A DNA stretch of 61,989 nt, filler included, from Chiloscyllium plagiosum (taxonomy: Eukaryota): the NCBI RefSeq assembly GCF_004010195.1. It is 4 parts of one record of this genome, joined end to end, with 100 filler letters (N's around TTAATTAATTAA, not from the genome) between each part and the next. Parts side by side here need not be neighbours in the genome. Positions count along the whole stretch, not along the records: positions 1 to 28,672 come from NC_057712.1; positions 28,773 to 39,418 come from NC_057712.1; 2 more parts are not named here. The stretch is one strand, 5' to 3'. This document shows, piece after piece, positions 25,190 through 36,860 of the stretch. Under the pieces are notes generated by a model that worked only from the letters and a program-made list of their open reading frames with translations, had not been told where the DNA came from and searched no databases. The translations under genes and the position numbers were made by a program. Position 1 is the first letter of the stretch, and each line of letters starts with the position of its first letter.

Positions 25190-25440
25190 TGTTTACTGAA
25201 GAATGCAATAATACTTATCACAATGAGCTATTATATATAAACATTACATTCACAGGCACTGGGTGAACATTATGCTATTGGCTTTAGTAGAGCAGCATTC
25301 TTTCAATTGTATGGCATGATTTATTTGAGCCGGGTTATGATAGTGTGTCAGATCTTAATACCTGTAACTCACATTCTATCATACTGAGATAGTATCATGA
25401 GCATGTCTTTTAAACTTATACTGACCTACTGATTACGAGA
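25190..25440 (-). repeat. 5' LTR of the Gypsy relic
   Basis: Similar to 16345-16604. Minus strand ends ..AAACA and is followed by TGATATCC. Confidence 0.6.
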
Positions 25441-26479
25441 TTATCCTTCATTCCTTCTGGTCACATTTGCACCCATAACTTTCTGGTGAACTTATTGTCA
25501 CTACAGCACTGAGAACATCCCAAATCTTCAGAGATATATCCCCAAAATTCAACTAAAAAAAATCCAGTAATCTATTTTGCACACCCTCCATTCCAATCTA
25601 CCATGCACTCAGTAAATTCTGTGTCCTTTATCTGTCTTCCACTTTAGTACAAGTATTTTTCTGTGCTTGATTTTTGTTTCCATGGTGTTGATGCAACAGG
25701 GCACTTTCAGGTCAACATGTTCTAACTCTGCTAAGATTTACATTTTTCATGTTCTTTTCTTTCATTCAAAGAGAGGAAAAATAATATGAAATTATCAAAT
25801 AGTGCTGCCTTGGAAAGTACTATAAATCTTCACATTAAGTGTGGTCTAACAAAGCTGCAAATGATTGAACAGGATTTAATAAGTTAAATTCCAATAACCT
25901 TCAAAAGATCAAATATTCCCATGGATACAAAGAGATAAGTCATAAAACTGTACTCAGCTTTAGTTCTTATCTTTCACCTTTCTAGAAATAGTAATGGTAT
26001 AACAAGGCCACAATCAGCAGAAAATTGAAAGCAGCATGTTTCTTCAGAACTCAACTTATATCAGGGTCATTTAATTAATACTTGTAAAGCCCGATCTCTC
26101 AAAATACTCTCAATATCCATATTCTTAGATAGAGTACATGATAACTGGCTATGTGAAACCACTGAGAGATGATTAAACCCATGTACTGCAAAATGGTGCT
26201 GAACACAAATAAATACATGATGACACATATTTCTATTTGCACTGCTCTTGAAACTTCCATCACATTGACAGAAAATTGCATTTAACAGAGAGTGAATGCA
26301 TGATAGAATTTCTGGACAGTGAGTGATGCATTATTGTGTTTATTTCCTCATTTATTTGCTCAGATGTTCACTGCATAGCACCAACATTAGTTCCAGGTGA
26401 AGCAATCCTCTATGCAAGGTTTGTAGCTCAGGTTGAGGTTTCGGGTGAAGGTTTGCTCGCTGAGCTGTAGGTTTGATAT

Positions 26480-26519
26480 CCAGACGTTTCATTACCTGGC
26501 TAGGTAACATCATCAGTGG
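26480..26519 (-). ncRNA. Minimal type-I hammerhead ribozyme motif, intact
   Basis: Minus: CCA-CTGATGA-T-GTTACCT-AGCC-AGGTAAT-GAAA-CG-TC-TGG. Stem I CCA/TGG, 7-bp stem II, palindromic ACGT, GUC cleavage triplet. Confidence 0.8.
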
Positions 26520-26718
26520 CGACCTCCAAGTGAAGCGAAGCTGTTGTCTCCTGTTTTCTATTTATATCTTTCTCCTAGATGGGGTTCCTGGGGTTTGTGG
26601 TGATGTCATTTCCTGTTCGTTTTCTGAGGGGTTGATAGATGACATCTAGATCTATGCATATATGGCGTTAAAAATCACACAACACCAGGTTATAGTCCAA
26701 CAGGTTTAATTGGAAGCA

Positions 26719-26753
26719 CACTAGCTTTCGGAGCAATGCTCCTTCATCAGGTG
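26719..26753 (-). ncRNA. Minimal type-I hammerhead motif, intact, in a small insert (26670-26771)
   Basis: Minus: CAC-CTGATGA-A-GGAGC-ATT-GCTCC-GAAA-GC-TA-GTG. The insert is flanked by TATGGCGTT at 26661-26669 and 26772-26780. Confidence 0.75.
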
Positions 26754-26877
26754 ATTGTCAGGTGATTTGTTTATGGCGTTGTGGTTGGAGTGCCAGGCCT
26801 CTAGGAATTCTCTGGCATGTCTTTGCTTAGCCTGTCCCAGGATAGATGTGTTGTCCCAGTCGAAATGGTGATTTTTT

Positions 26878-27684
26878 TCATCCGTGTAGTAGGGTTACAA
26901 GGGAGAGAGGGTCATGTCTTTTTGTGGCTAGCTGGTGTTCGTGTATCCTGGTGGCTAACTTTCTTCCTGTTTGTCCTACGTAGTGTTTGTGGCAGTCCTT
27001 GCATGGAATTTTGTAGATGACGTTGGTTTTGTCCATGGGTTGTATTGGGTCTTTTAAGTTTGATAGTTTTTGTTTGAGAGTGTTGGTGGGTTTGTGTGCT
27101 ACTAGAATTCCGAGGGGTCTTAGTAATCTGGCTGTCATTTCTGAAACTTCTTTGATGTATGGTAAAGTGGTTAGCGTTTCTGGCTGTGTTTGGTCTGCTT
27201 GTCGTGGTTTGTTCTTGAGGAATCTGCGCACTGTATTATTTGAGTATCCGTTCTTCTTGAATACATTGTATAGGTGGTTCTCTGTTTTCCAAAGTTTGCC
27301 TGTGCTGCAGTGTGTGGTGGCTCGTTGGAATAGTGTTCTGATACAGCTTTGTTTGTGTGTGTTGGGATGGTTGCTGGTGTAGTTAAGTATTTGGTCAGTG
27401 TTTGTCGGTTTTCTGTATACGCAGGTTTGTAGTTCTCCATTGTCCTTTCTTTCAACTGTGACGTCCAGGAATGCGAGTTTGTTGTCGATTTCTTCCTCCT
27501 TGATGAACTTTATGCCTGTGAGGGTGTTGTTGATGATGTTAAATGTCTCTTCTATCTTGTTTTGTAGGTCCACTAGCTTCATGATGTTTTCGTTGGTAAT
27601 GTGATTGAGGTAGTTGGTGTGTGTGTGTGTGATGGTCTCTTCTAAAAGTGTGGTAAGTGTTTCCTTTGCCAGGAAACACCTCAA
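26878..27684 (-). pseudogene. Internally deleted PLE RT-thumb/GIY-YIG ORF (268 aa)
   Basis: GIY-YIG intact (VIY..C..C..YVGQT..R..EH). The RT jumps MKLVDL|QNKIEETF and so lacks the GxPMGS and YxDD segment. Confidence 0.8.
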
Positions 27685-28672
27685 GCCAGAAGTTTAACAG
27701 AACAAAATGTCTGCAGAATGCTCCGAGAACTAATCAATGACGCCCACCACAGACTCCGAAAATACAACCGGGAAATTGCGCGCCGAAAACCGTTATTCAA
27801 ACAAGCAACAAATAAAGAATGGACAGATGCGGTAGAACGAGCCATAAATACCAAACAACGGCAAACACAGAAAAAGAAAAATCGGGACCTGAAGAAAAAA
27901 CTTCACAAAAAAAGACAAAACCGATAACACAGGGGCATGGATAAAGAACTTATCAGACGGGACACTATCAGACACAGAAAAAGCGATACTAGTAAAAGGA
28001 TTAAATTTCAATTACCGAGATGCTGACAAGAAGGATTTCCTAGCGGCATTAGAAACCACATTGAAGGACAACAATCTCACGGAAGAAACAGAACAAACGA
28101 TCAGACAGACTATGGGTCTGAGGGGGGGCACCTGGTTTATGGATTGTTGGTAGTCCGTAGAATCGTGGGGTGTTGGTCCCGTCGGGTTTAATTTTCTGGA
28201 ATTCCGTCTTGTTTAATTGTCCGGAATTGTGTAATTTTCTTAGGAGATATGTAATTTTGTTTCCTAGTTGTGGGGTCAGATCTAGCGCCACCTGTTGGTA
28301 GGCATTGGTGTCTGCAGGTAGTGCATTGGCTTTCTCTATGTAGTCCCTTCTATTCAGGATGACTGTGAGCCGACCTTTGTCTGCAGGTAATATAACGATG
28401 TTTTTGTCTTTTTTGAGGTTTTCTAGGGCTTTCATTTCTTGTGTGTTCAGTTTATTTCCTTCTCTCTTTCGGCTCAGAGTAGGTGCAACTGTCTGTCTGA
28501 TCGTTTGTTGTGTTTCTTCCGTGAGATTGTTGTCCTTCAATGTGGTTTCTAATGCCGCTAGGAAATCCTTATTGTCAGCGTCTCGGTAATTGAAATTTAA
28601 TCCTTTTACTAGTATCGCTTTTTCTGTGTCTGATAGTGTCCCGTCTGATAAGTTCTTTATCCATGCCCCTGT

Positions 28673-28772
28673 NNNNNNNNNNNNNNNNNNNNNNNNNNNN
28701 NNNNNNNNNNNNNNNNTTAATTAATTAANNNNNNNNNNNNNNNNNNNNNNNNNNNNNNNNNNNNNNNNNNNN
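28673..28772. other. Scaffold gap with artificial linker
   Basis: 44 N + TTAATTAATTAA + 44 N. Confidence 0.97.
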
Positions 28773-28902
28773 CTTCAGGCTCTCTGCCTTTATTCCTGAT
28801 GAAGGGCTTTTGCCCGAAACGTTGATTTTGCCTGTCCTTGGATTTTGCCTGTCCTCGGATGCTGCCTGAACTGCTGTGTTCTTCCAGCACCACTAATCCA
28901 GA
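28773..28902 (+). mobile_element. PLE terminus with intact HHR core (28796-28823)
   Basis: CTGATGA-A-GGGC-TTTT-GCCC-GAAA-CG-TT followed by GGATGCTGCCTGAACTGCTG. Confidence 0.8.
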
Positions 28903-29170
28903 TGTCAGTTCTTAGCAGATGCAGTAATGCAGAGACTTGAACAAACAGCTCTGCCAACTATCCAACCCAAACTTTGGGTCTGCTACATGGATGACACCTT
29001 TATAATCACTAAACAAAACAAATTCGAGGAAACCTTCAAGACCATCAATAATAACCTTATTGACAGAAACTTCACTAAAGAGGAGAAAAACAACAACAAA
29101 CTGTCAGGCCTAGATGTCGCAGTAGAGCGAACAGCCAATGGGGGACTTCAAACCAGCGTCTACGGGAAAG
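28903..29170 (+). mobile_element. PLE RT core fragment
   Basis: MQRLEQTALPTIQPKLWVCYMDDTFIITK...LDVAVER...TSVY. Confidence 0.85.
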
Positions 29171-29174
29171 ATTA

Positions 29175-30665
29175 TTAACTATGCCTCCTATATTCTCATA
29201 CAAATTGTTTGTATAAATGACAAACAAAAGTGGTCCCAGGCCTGATTTTGTGAAACACTGCTGGTCACAGACTTCCATCTGAAGAATAACAATTTATCAT
29301 TATCCTGTCTCTCAACATCAAGTTAATTTTTTTGTCCAATTGGCAAGCTCTCCCTGAATCCCTTGTGATCTAACTTTTCTAATTAGTTTACCTTCGAGAA
29401 TACTGTCAAAGACTTTACTGAAGTCCATGTAAACGACGTCTACCACTTTGCCCTATTACTTCTTCAAAAAACTCAATTAACTTTATCAGACACGATTTTC
29501 CTAACACAAAGCAAGGCTGACTATCGCTAATCAATCCTTGCCCCTCTAAATGCATGTAAGCCCTATCTTTCAGGGTCATTTCCAACAACTTACCCACCAA
29601 TGATGTCAGTTTCATAGATTGATAATTCCCAGCTTTCTCCTTGCAGCCTTTCTCAAATAAAGGCACAATATTAGGCACCCTCCAGTCCTCCGATGCCTCA
29701 TCCGTGGTTATAGGCAATACACATATCTCTGTTTGGGGCATGGAAATTTCTTCCCTAACCTCTGACAATGTCACTGGATCAGGTCCTGAATATTTATCCA
29801 TCTTTATGTTTTCTAAGCCCTCCAGCACTTCCTCTTCTATAATATGTATTGTTTTCAAAGCATCAATATTTATTTCCCTGAGTTCTCTAGCTTCCATTTC
29901 ATTCTCCACAGTAAAACCTGAAGTGGAATATTAACTTAAATTCTCTTCCCATCTCTTGAAGTTCAATACTTAGATGACCTGGTTAATCTTTAAGGGCCCC
30001 TATTCTCCCATAGTTTCTCTTTTGCTCTTAATGTATTTGTAGAATCTTTTTGGATTATCCTTAACCTTATCTGCCAATTCCCTTTTTGCCTTCCTGATTT
30101 CCCTTTTAAGAATACTCCTACACCCATTATACCCTTCAAGAGATTCATTCAATCCCAGTTGTCTATATCTAATTTATGACTCCTTTTTATTCTTGACCAG
30201 AACCTCAACATCTTTATTCATCCATTATTCCTTACTTCTATAGCCTTATCCTTGACTCTATCAGGAACACGATGCCTCTGAGCTTTCATTAACGCACTTT
30301 TGATAGCCTCCTATTTGTCTGTCATCCCTTTACCTGTGAACAGTCTAACCAACTTTTTTGTACGTTCCTGTCTCATGCTATTAAAATTTGCCTTACTCCA
30401 ATTAAGAACTTTAACTTTTGTGGAAGGCCTATCCATTTCTAAAACTATTTTACAACTAACAGAACTATGATCACTAGTCCCAAAGTGTTCTCCTACTAAC
30501 ACTTCCCTCACTTACCTTATTTCCCAAGAGAAGTTCAAGTTTTGCTCCGTCTCTAATAGATACATTTACATATTGGCAAAGAAAATTATCTTGAACACCT
30601 TAAGCAAATTCCTCACCATCTAAGCTCATAACACTATGGCAGTCCCAGTCAATGTTTGTAATATT
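29175..30665 (-). mobile_element. CR1 LINE ORF2 fragment (EN end to RT)
   Basis: VGEHFGTSDH..LNWSKANF; EDWRVPNIVPLFEKG..GNY..LTSLVGKLLE; KSCLIKLIEFFEEV; LGPLLFVIY. Confidence 0.9.
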
Positions 30666-31566
30666 AAAACCTCTGGTGGACATTTCATAATCCAAAGATA
30701 AAATGAAAAGGTAACATTTTTGCAACTTGGATAGTTCTGGTCATTATAACAAAAGATCCCACCCAAACCTTGAATGGAGGTTCAAGTTGTTCATGATTCA
30801 TCCTTTGTGTCAGACAAATGAGTTTTGTTTAAAATTAATTATTTACCTTTGGAAAATGACTTAAAAATTAAGTGGAGAAAAACAATAGCAAATGTAAGGG
30901 TCACTAATTTAATTGATGTGTGCTCCTGTATAAAACAAGAATATAGGTTTTAGTGAGATTTTTATTTTTAAGCTTATTGCTATCATTCATTTAATTATGT
31001 TTGATTTTTGGTGTAAATTAGATAATAAGCATCAAGATAATCAAAAAAATCTGATTCAAAGCACTGACAGAATGTATTGTATTAAAAATAGGGTGTTGTT
31101 GGTTGGGGACACTCTGCAACTCCAACGGATATCACACAATACTGTCAACATTGCCAAGAAGTAAGGGATCGCCAGTTCAAAGTGGCCAAGAGCAAATGGG
31201 AGACATACTCCAGGAATCATTTCTTCACACGGGAGATGATCAACAGCAGGAATGGGTTGCTAAGCAAGGTGTTTGTCACCATGGCACCATAATTATTTTA
31301 AGAACTGCTATAAATTGTAAGGCAGCAGAGTTGATGTTCTAGAGTGAAGAGGTCAAACTTACTAAGAGGGAACCAATCACTTTGCGTGACTTTTCCAATG
31401 CTCCATTCAAATTTATTATATATGTGCAAGACAAGAAGCAACTAAAGGAGCTTCTCTCCCTTCTATTTGATGCAACCAAATTATCTTTACTTGTTTTAAC
31501 TTATAGGATATGTCATCAAGAGTAGGTTCTATTGTGAGATAATGATACACACCTTAAGCTGTATCA

Positions 31567-31781
31567 TGATTTGGAGATGTCGGTGTTGGACTGGGGGGTA
31601 TAAAGTTAAAAATCACAAAACACCAGGTTATAGTCCAACAGGTTTAATTGGAAGCACACTAACTTTCGGAGCGTCGCTCCTTTATCAGTTGATATCACCT
31701 AATGAAGGAGCGACGCTCCGAAAGCTAGTGTGCTTCCAATTAAACCTGTTGGACTATAGCCTAGTGTTGTGTGATTTTTAA
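31567..31781. mobile_element. Fold-back PLE-terminus insertion with two head-to-head HHR motifs
   Basis: Palindrome about 31603-31784 centred on TGATATCA (31690-31697). 14-bp TSD CTTAAG(C/T)TGTATCA at 31553-31566 and 31782-31795. Confidence 0.88.
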
Positions 31782-32727
31782 CTTAAGTTGTATCAGTTTG
31801 TCAAATAGTTACTGATCTTTTATTTGATTGGGAGTGGGAGGAATCATGTTCTCATTGCTTATTGTATGAAAGCAGAATGATTTTTCCCATCAGAATTAGA
31901 TGAGACAGTGATTGACCAGAACTGCCTGCCACTTTGACAGGTGTGATCAAGCAAGCAATTGCACATATTATCAGAACACTTCTGGTTCCTTCCAGTAAGT
32001 GTTTGAGATCAGCAGCCTCTGGGCTTTTCTAATAGTTAATTAACTACAGGTATTTGTAATTTTTTTTCTGTGTTAATTAAATGAGTTTCTTGCTTCACAA
32101 ATCCCACATGTTATTAAAAAAGACTCCATCAAGCACAATAACAGAGGACTATACTGGAAAGCTTGCAGTCATATTCCTAGCTCAATTAAATCTCCCAAGT
32201 AGCAGAAAGCCTCAAACAGTTGTGAAAGACAAATGGGAATTAGAAATGTAGCAACTATCAAAAGGAAGGGGCTGATTCTGTGACGTTTTGCCTCTTGACC
32301 ATACAAAGAAACTTCCAATACTCTGACATTTATCCTTGTGCAAGCAGTCACAATTTATTTTTATGCTGAAGGCAAGGGAAAGAGAAACTAGAATTGCTGT
32401 TAAAATTCCTCCACTAAAACTATACAATCAGTAAAAATGATGCCTAGTGGTAGGTAAACAAAATGGAAATAGAATTGAGAATTTATGTTTCAAAAGTAAC
32501 TCCTTCGGTCTCGCTGATGCGTTAAATTCTTAAAATAAGATATAGCCACAAGGGACTCACGGGTAACATTTAGGGTAGATAAATAAACGTTTTACTGACA
32601 ACACCCAATATCATTACAGAGCGATTGTCTGTGGCAATGATGGGCTTCCCTGACTAATTCCAGTGGTCACTTCTTGATACTCATTTTTGACAATTCCCCT
32701 CCCAACCCGTCACACCTTCTCATTACT

Positions 32728-33075
32728 GAGCATGGTGGCTCAGTGGTTCGCACAGCTGTCTCACAGCACCAGGGACCGGGTTTGATTCTAACCTCAGGAG
32801 ACCAACAGTATAGAGTTTTGCACCTTCTTTCCGCAACTATGTAGGTTTCCTGTGGTGCTCCAGTTTCCTCCCAGAATCCAGAAGTGTGCAGGTTAGGTAA
32901 ATTGGCCATGCTAAGTTGCCCATAGTGTTCAGTGATGTGTTGGTTAGTTGCATTAGTCAGGGGTGAATATAGCTAATAGGGTAGGGGAATGGGTCTGGGT
33001 AGGTTACTCTTTGGAGGATCGGTGTGGACTTGTTGGGCTGAAGGGCCTGTTTCCACATGTTTCGAATTCTATGAT
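32728..33075 (+). mobile_element. HE1-like SINE
   Basis: TGGCTCAGTGG A-box, core, GAAGGGCCTGTTTCCAC tail. Confidence 0.85.
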
Positions 33076-34264
33076 TATCAGGGCCTGTTTCCCTGGTTGG
33101 GAGTCATGAGGTAATGTTAATAATTTTAAGCAACTGCTATTGAAATTGAGAAAGGAAATAAAGATATATTTACACTTGAAGAATGAAAAATACATTCTAG
33201 AAATAGTCAAGCTTGGAGAATAACATTTCCATTGTGTTTTTTCTTCAGTCAGCAGGAAGTATTAGACCCTGTTTCCCTTGTGTGATTGCAGATAAACCCT
33301 TGGCAATGGTCCAATATATCGTTATGCCAGGTTAGTGTGATGTGGATAGACCAACTGTCCAGTAAGCCATTAGCCTAAAATATTGCACATGCGTATGTAA
33401 GTTAATGGCTTGCTCAGCCACATAAGCAAGCAATATTTATGAACATGCTCACAGTGAGTTTACAAATAGATCTAGGGGCATTATCGTGCCTATGGTAGTT
33501 GTAACTCTTCAGTATTGAATTAATTCTTATTGGAAAATAATCATGAAATAAAGCTGTTTCACAAGAAAGAAATGAAGTGCATTAGTCATGGTTCATAGAT
33601 TGAGATCCTTAACAAACAAATTGTGGTGGCTGGTCAATTCAAGAAGCAATGATGATGAGTGTGTATACCTCCTATACTATCTGCCAATTGGAAACAGCTT
33701 ATTTACCACAAAAAAATGAAATATTCCAGATGCTGTGAATCTGAAACTAAAAACAGAAAAAAGGCCGAAATATGCAGGAAATGCTGAGATGTCGTGCAGT
33801 TCTTGTGAAACGGAGTTAATATCCTGAACTGATGACCCTTACTGAGAACTGGTCACAGTAATTATGTTGAAAGGTTATTATGTTACAGATTTTGGAGGTG
33901 ACATCTACACTTTGGAGGCCAGATCTATCAGATCAGCATGACTTCTGTCTACCTTATCATGATTCCACTGCACTTCTCAATATCCATGACTGGGAGAGCA
34001 CTTTGCTACACATTGTCTATTTGTGGATTGGGCAATGTGATATTATCCTCAATTCTGCTGAAGGTGGTAGCCTGAGTCTATTGAGAGCATCAGAAAGTAC
34101 TCAGTTGCCAGTGCAACTGATGGTGTGTGCAATTTACCGGCCTCTCCAGGGACCCAGTCAGGCTGTGAGACATAATGTCACTTGTACAAGAGATGGACTC
34201 CACAGTTCTTGTAGAAAGACTAAAAAAGCCTCACAAAGATGTAATTGCTGTTGCATAGGAACAA

Positions 34265-34870
34265 AGGTCTAAGGAGGCCATTTGGCTTATCAAACCTAGT
34301 CAATCATTCAATAAGATGATGGTTGAATTGATTTTGGTCTTAAATCCACTTTCACATTGGCCCACCACAACCCTTGATTTCTCCTTCTATCAAGAGTAGA
34401 CCAACCTCTGTCTTGAATAAATTCAACAACACACTCTCTGCTGCTTTTTGATTAACAGAATTCCATATACTAATGATCCTCATAGAACAATAATAGTATC
34501 AACACATTAAAAGTGAATGAAATAAAAGCATAAATTATGTCCCCTAATTCTAGCCTCACTAAAAAGAGGAAACCTCCTCATGATATCCACCTTTCAAGTC
34601 CCCTCAGGATTTTATATGTTCCAGTAAGGTTACATCTACATTAAATAAATCTTCAACATTGGCAGAACCAAACTCCTTGTAATTACTGATATTGCAATGA
34701 TATATTATTTTCAAATAAAGAGTAAAGCTGCACACTTTCCTCCAGGTGTCGTCTCATCAAAGTCTTGCTTAGTTGAAGTAAAACGTCCCAGTTCCTATAT
34801 TCCATTTCTCATACATTAAATGCTAACACTCCATTTGCATTCCTAATAATTAGCTCCAGTTGCACACTAA
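34265..34870 (-). mobile_element. Old CR1 3' fragment
   Basis: GGAGGCCATTTGG..CATTCAATAAGAT..; CCCCTCAGGATTTTATATGTT (minus: TYKILRG). Confidence 0.6.
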
Positions 34871-36569
34871 ATTCTCACTCCTCCAGAATAGTCAACTTCA
34901 TCAATGACTTCTTTGCATCTGTTTCTAGTTGAGTTAAGAAACCATTAACATGTGCCATTACTGCAATGTGTCTTCATCCATGGATAGCATGGTCAACTCC
35001 ACTGCGCATTAAACATGTCATGATCAAAAGTCTAAATGCAGGCCATCAGCAAGTATTCTCTACACGGTGCTAACAGGGAGCTAAGTGTGGGCCATGTGAG
35101 AAATAACAATGAAATGATCAAACAATAAGTTCTCCGTTTACAGTGCTGCCACTTTTCAGCTGTTGCTGACCTGGCACAGTCCTCACTCCCACATAGTAGG
35201 CTATGGACTCTAGAGAGGGCCTGTTTCTATGATGTGTGAGTATGACTCCTACTCCTGGCAGTGTTCCATATGATGCCTCTTGATCAAATGGCAAGACTAC
35301 GTTTAAATAAGTCGATGTAAAACAGTCTTCAGCCTGATTTTCATTGGTTCCAGACCCTGAGGGTGTTGGCCCAGGGAATCTGAGCAGTCAGACAGGGAAA
35401 TTGAAAGTCTTTCTGTTCATCATCTGAAGCCACAGGGTTTACATCATATCATAATAGGAACAGGAGAAAGGATTTGTATTTGGACAAGGTTATGTGCTCA
35501 GCATCATATATTGTTTAATTGCCACATTGCTAATCAATGTTTAGCAGTAATAAATGTCAGATCACAACTCCATTATCCTGTTCTGCCATTTGTTTCCTCC
35601 TGCCTATCAAGTAGTCTTCTGCCTTGAAAACAATATTAGGGCCAATGCCAAAGGGATAGACTGATGATTGTGGGACTGCATTTTGCTGGGGATTGGGAGA
35701 CCCAGTGCAGTAAGGCACAGCCTCAGATTAAAGTGAAGTCAACTGAATTAGTCTGTCCCAGGAATGCCTGGCAGATAGGTGAGCAGCTGCAGATGCACTC
35801 AGGCCCATCCACTTGCTTCTTTTCTTGCTTTTCCTCCTTGAAAACTCCAGACCTCTCTGTTAACCCACCCTTGGTTTTGTATTATCCACCTGGGCACCAG
35901 TGGTGCATTCTGAATGATTAACCCAAGCACGTGAGTCATCTCTTCAGCATCCTGATATCAATTCTTGTTGTACGTTTCCTGTGAATGTTGGTTCTCCCCA
36001 TGGGTTCCATCAGCTATGTCCTTAAAGCATCGCCCTTGATAGTAAGGAACATTTGCGAATGCTATTTGGAGGTGGGAATATCTGTGAGAAACTTGACTGC
36101 TCAAAGACATAGACATAGTTTCTTTTGGTAGAAACTAGCTGAAAATGAATAGAATGAAATTCACTTTAGTTGGTGAACACTACTGCATAACCTGAGGAAA
36201 GGTGGATTGCTAAGTGTGTGTCATCGATAATTTACTGGGTCAGGGGAAGGGGTTCTGGAAAGGTAACAAATCCAAGAGTGTTTTCCTTTTGACTGGCATC
36301 ACCCTGACATTGTATGCATTAAGTGCCAACTTTACAAACGTGGAATTGGGTATCTAGGAGATGCATTGGAGGGCGATAGAATATGAGATCCTAAAAATAT
36401 CTCCTGGGATTCCCTGGAAAGAGCTAAAAGCAAACAAGTTAAGTGTTGTCCTGACTTTAAAAGCAACAGGAAAAGCTTGCAAAAATCACATCTTACAATT
36501 GTAATAGGGACAGAGTAGAAGATTGATGCCAGTGAAGAGGAAAGACAGGGTAGAAACAAATAAGAAGTT

Positions 36570-36860
36570 TCCCCAAGCTACAGAGTCTAGGACCAGGGGA
36601 ACAATTTATAAATAAGGAGGGTGCCACTTAAGTCCAATATGAGGAGTGTTTTTACTTCGAGAATTGTGAACCCTTGGAATTCTCTACCACAAAGGAAACC
36701 TTTGAGTATGTTGAATGCAGAAATTGATAGATTTCTGATTATCTATGGCATGTAGGGTGAGTAAAAGGTATTAAAGTTTTTGACTGACCATGATCATATT
36801 GAATGATGGGCAGAATCAAGGGGCTGAATAGCCTACTCCTCGTCCTACATACCAATGTTC
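36570..36860 (+). mobile_element. Old CR1 3' tail
   Basis: GAGTCTAGGACCAGGGG...TGGAATTCTCTACC...GATCATATTGAATG...GGGCTGAATAGCCTACTCCT. Confidence 0.7.

Larger units (their letters stand above)
16345..25440 (-). mobile_element. Ancient fragmented Gypsy LTR retrotransposon with both LTRs
   Basis: On minus, in order: 5'LTR about 25190-25440; PBS-like TGATATC; gag (EPID*FVRRC, FSKEELSERLI, FRKDLLSK); Cys knuckle about 23540-23610; protease TLKAILNTTASA 23246-23281; RT YVPDDIIV 22839-22862; RNase H GACQLQGEKSFAFAS..NCSNIEHE 22332-22436; integrase VLDNGKPF about 18490-18515 and TRSR*VVKP about 17195-17225; PPT AGAAGAAAGG about 17051-17060; 3'LTR 16345-16604. Confidence 0.8.
26412..28672 (-). mobile_element. 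Young rearranged Penelope element (RT + GIY-YIG) running into a gap
   Basis: ILPADKGRLTVILN, TPRFYGLPTIHKPG, LAFLDVTV, VYRKPTNTDQILNY, NVIYKIPCKDCHKHYVGQTGRKLATRIHEH. Internal + segment at 27675-28110. Confidence 0.92.

Noticed and set aside
26364..26396. Strong acceptor followed by a 33-nt exon-like segment
   Set aside because: Weak donor (GTGAAG), directly abuts a PLE terminus, and no homology recognised.
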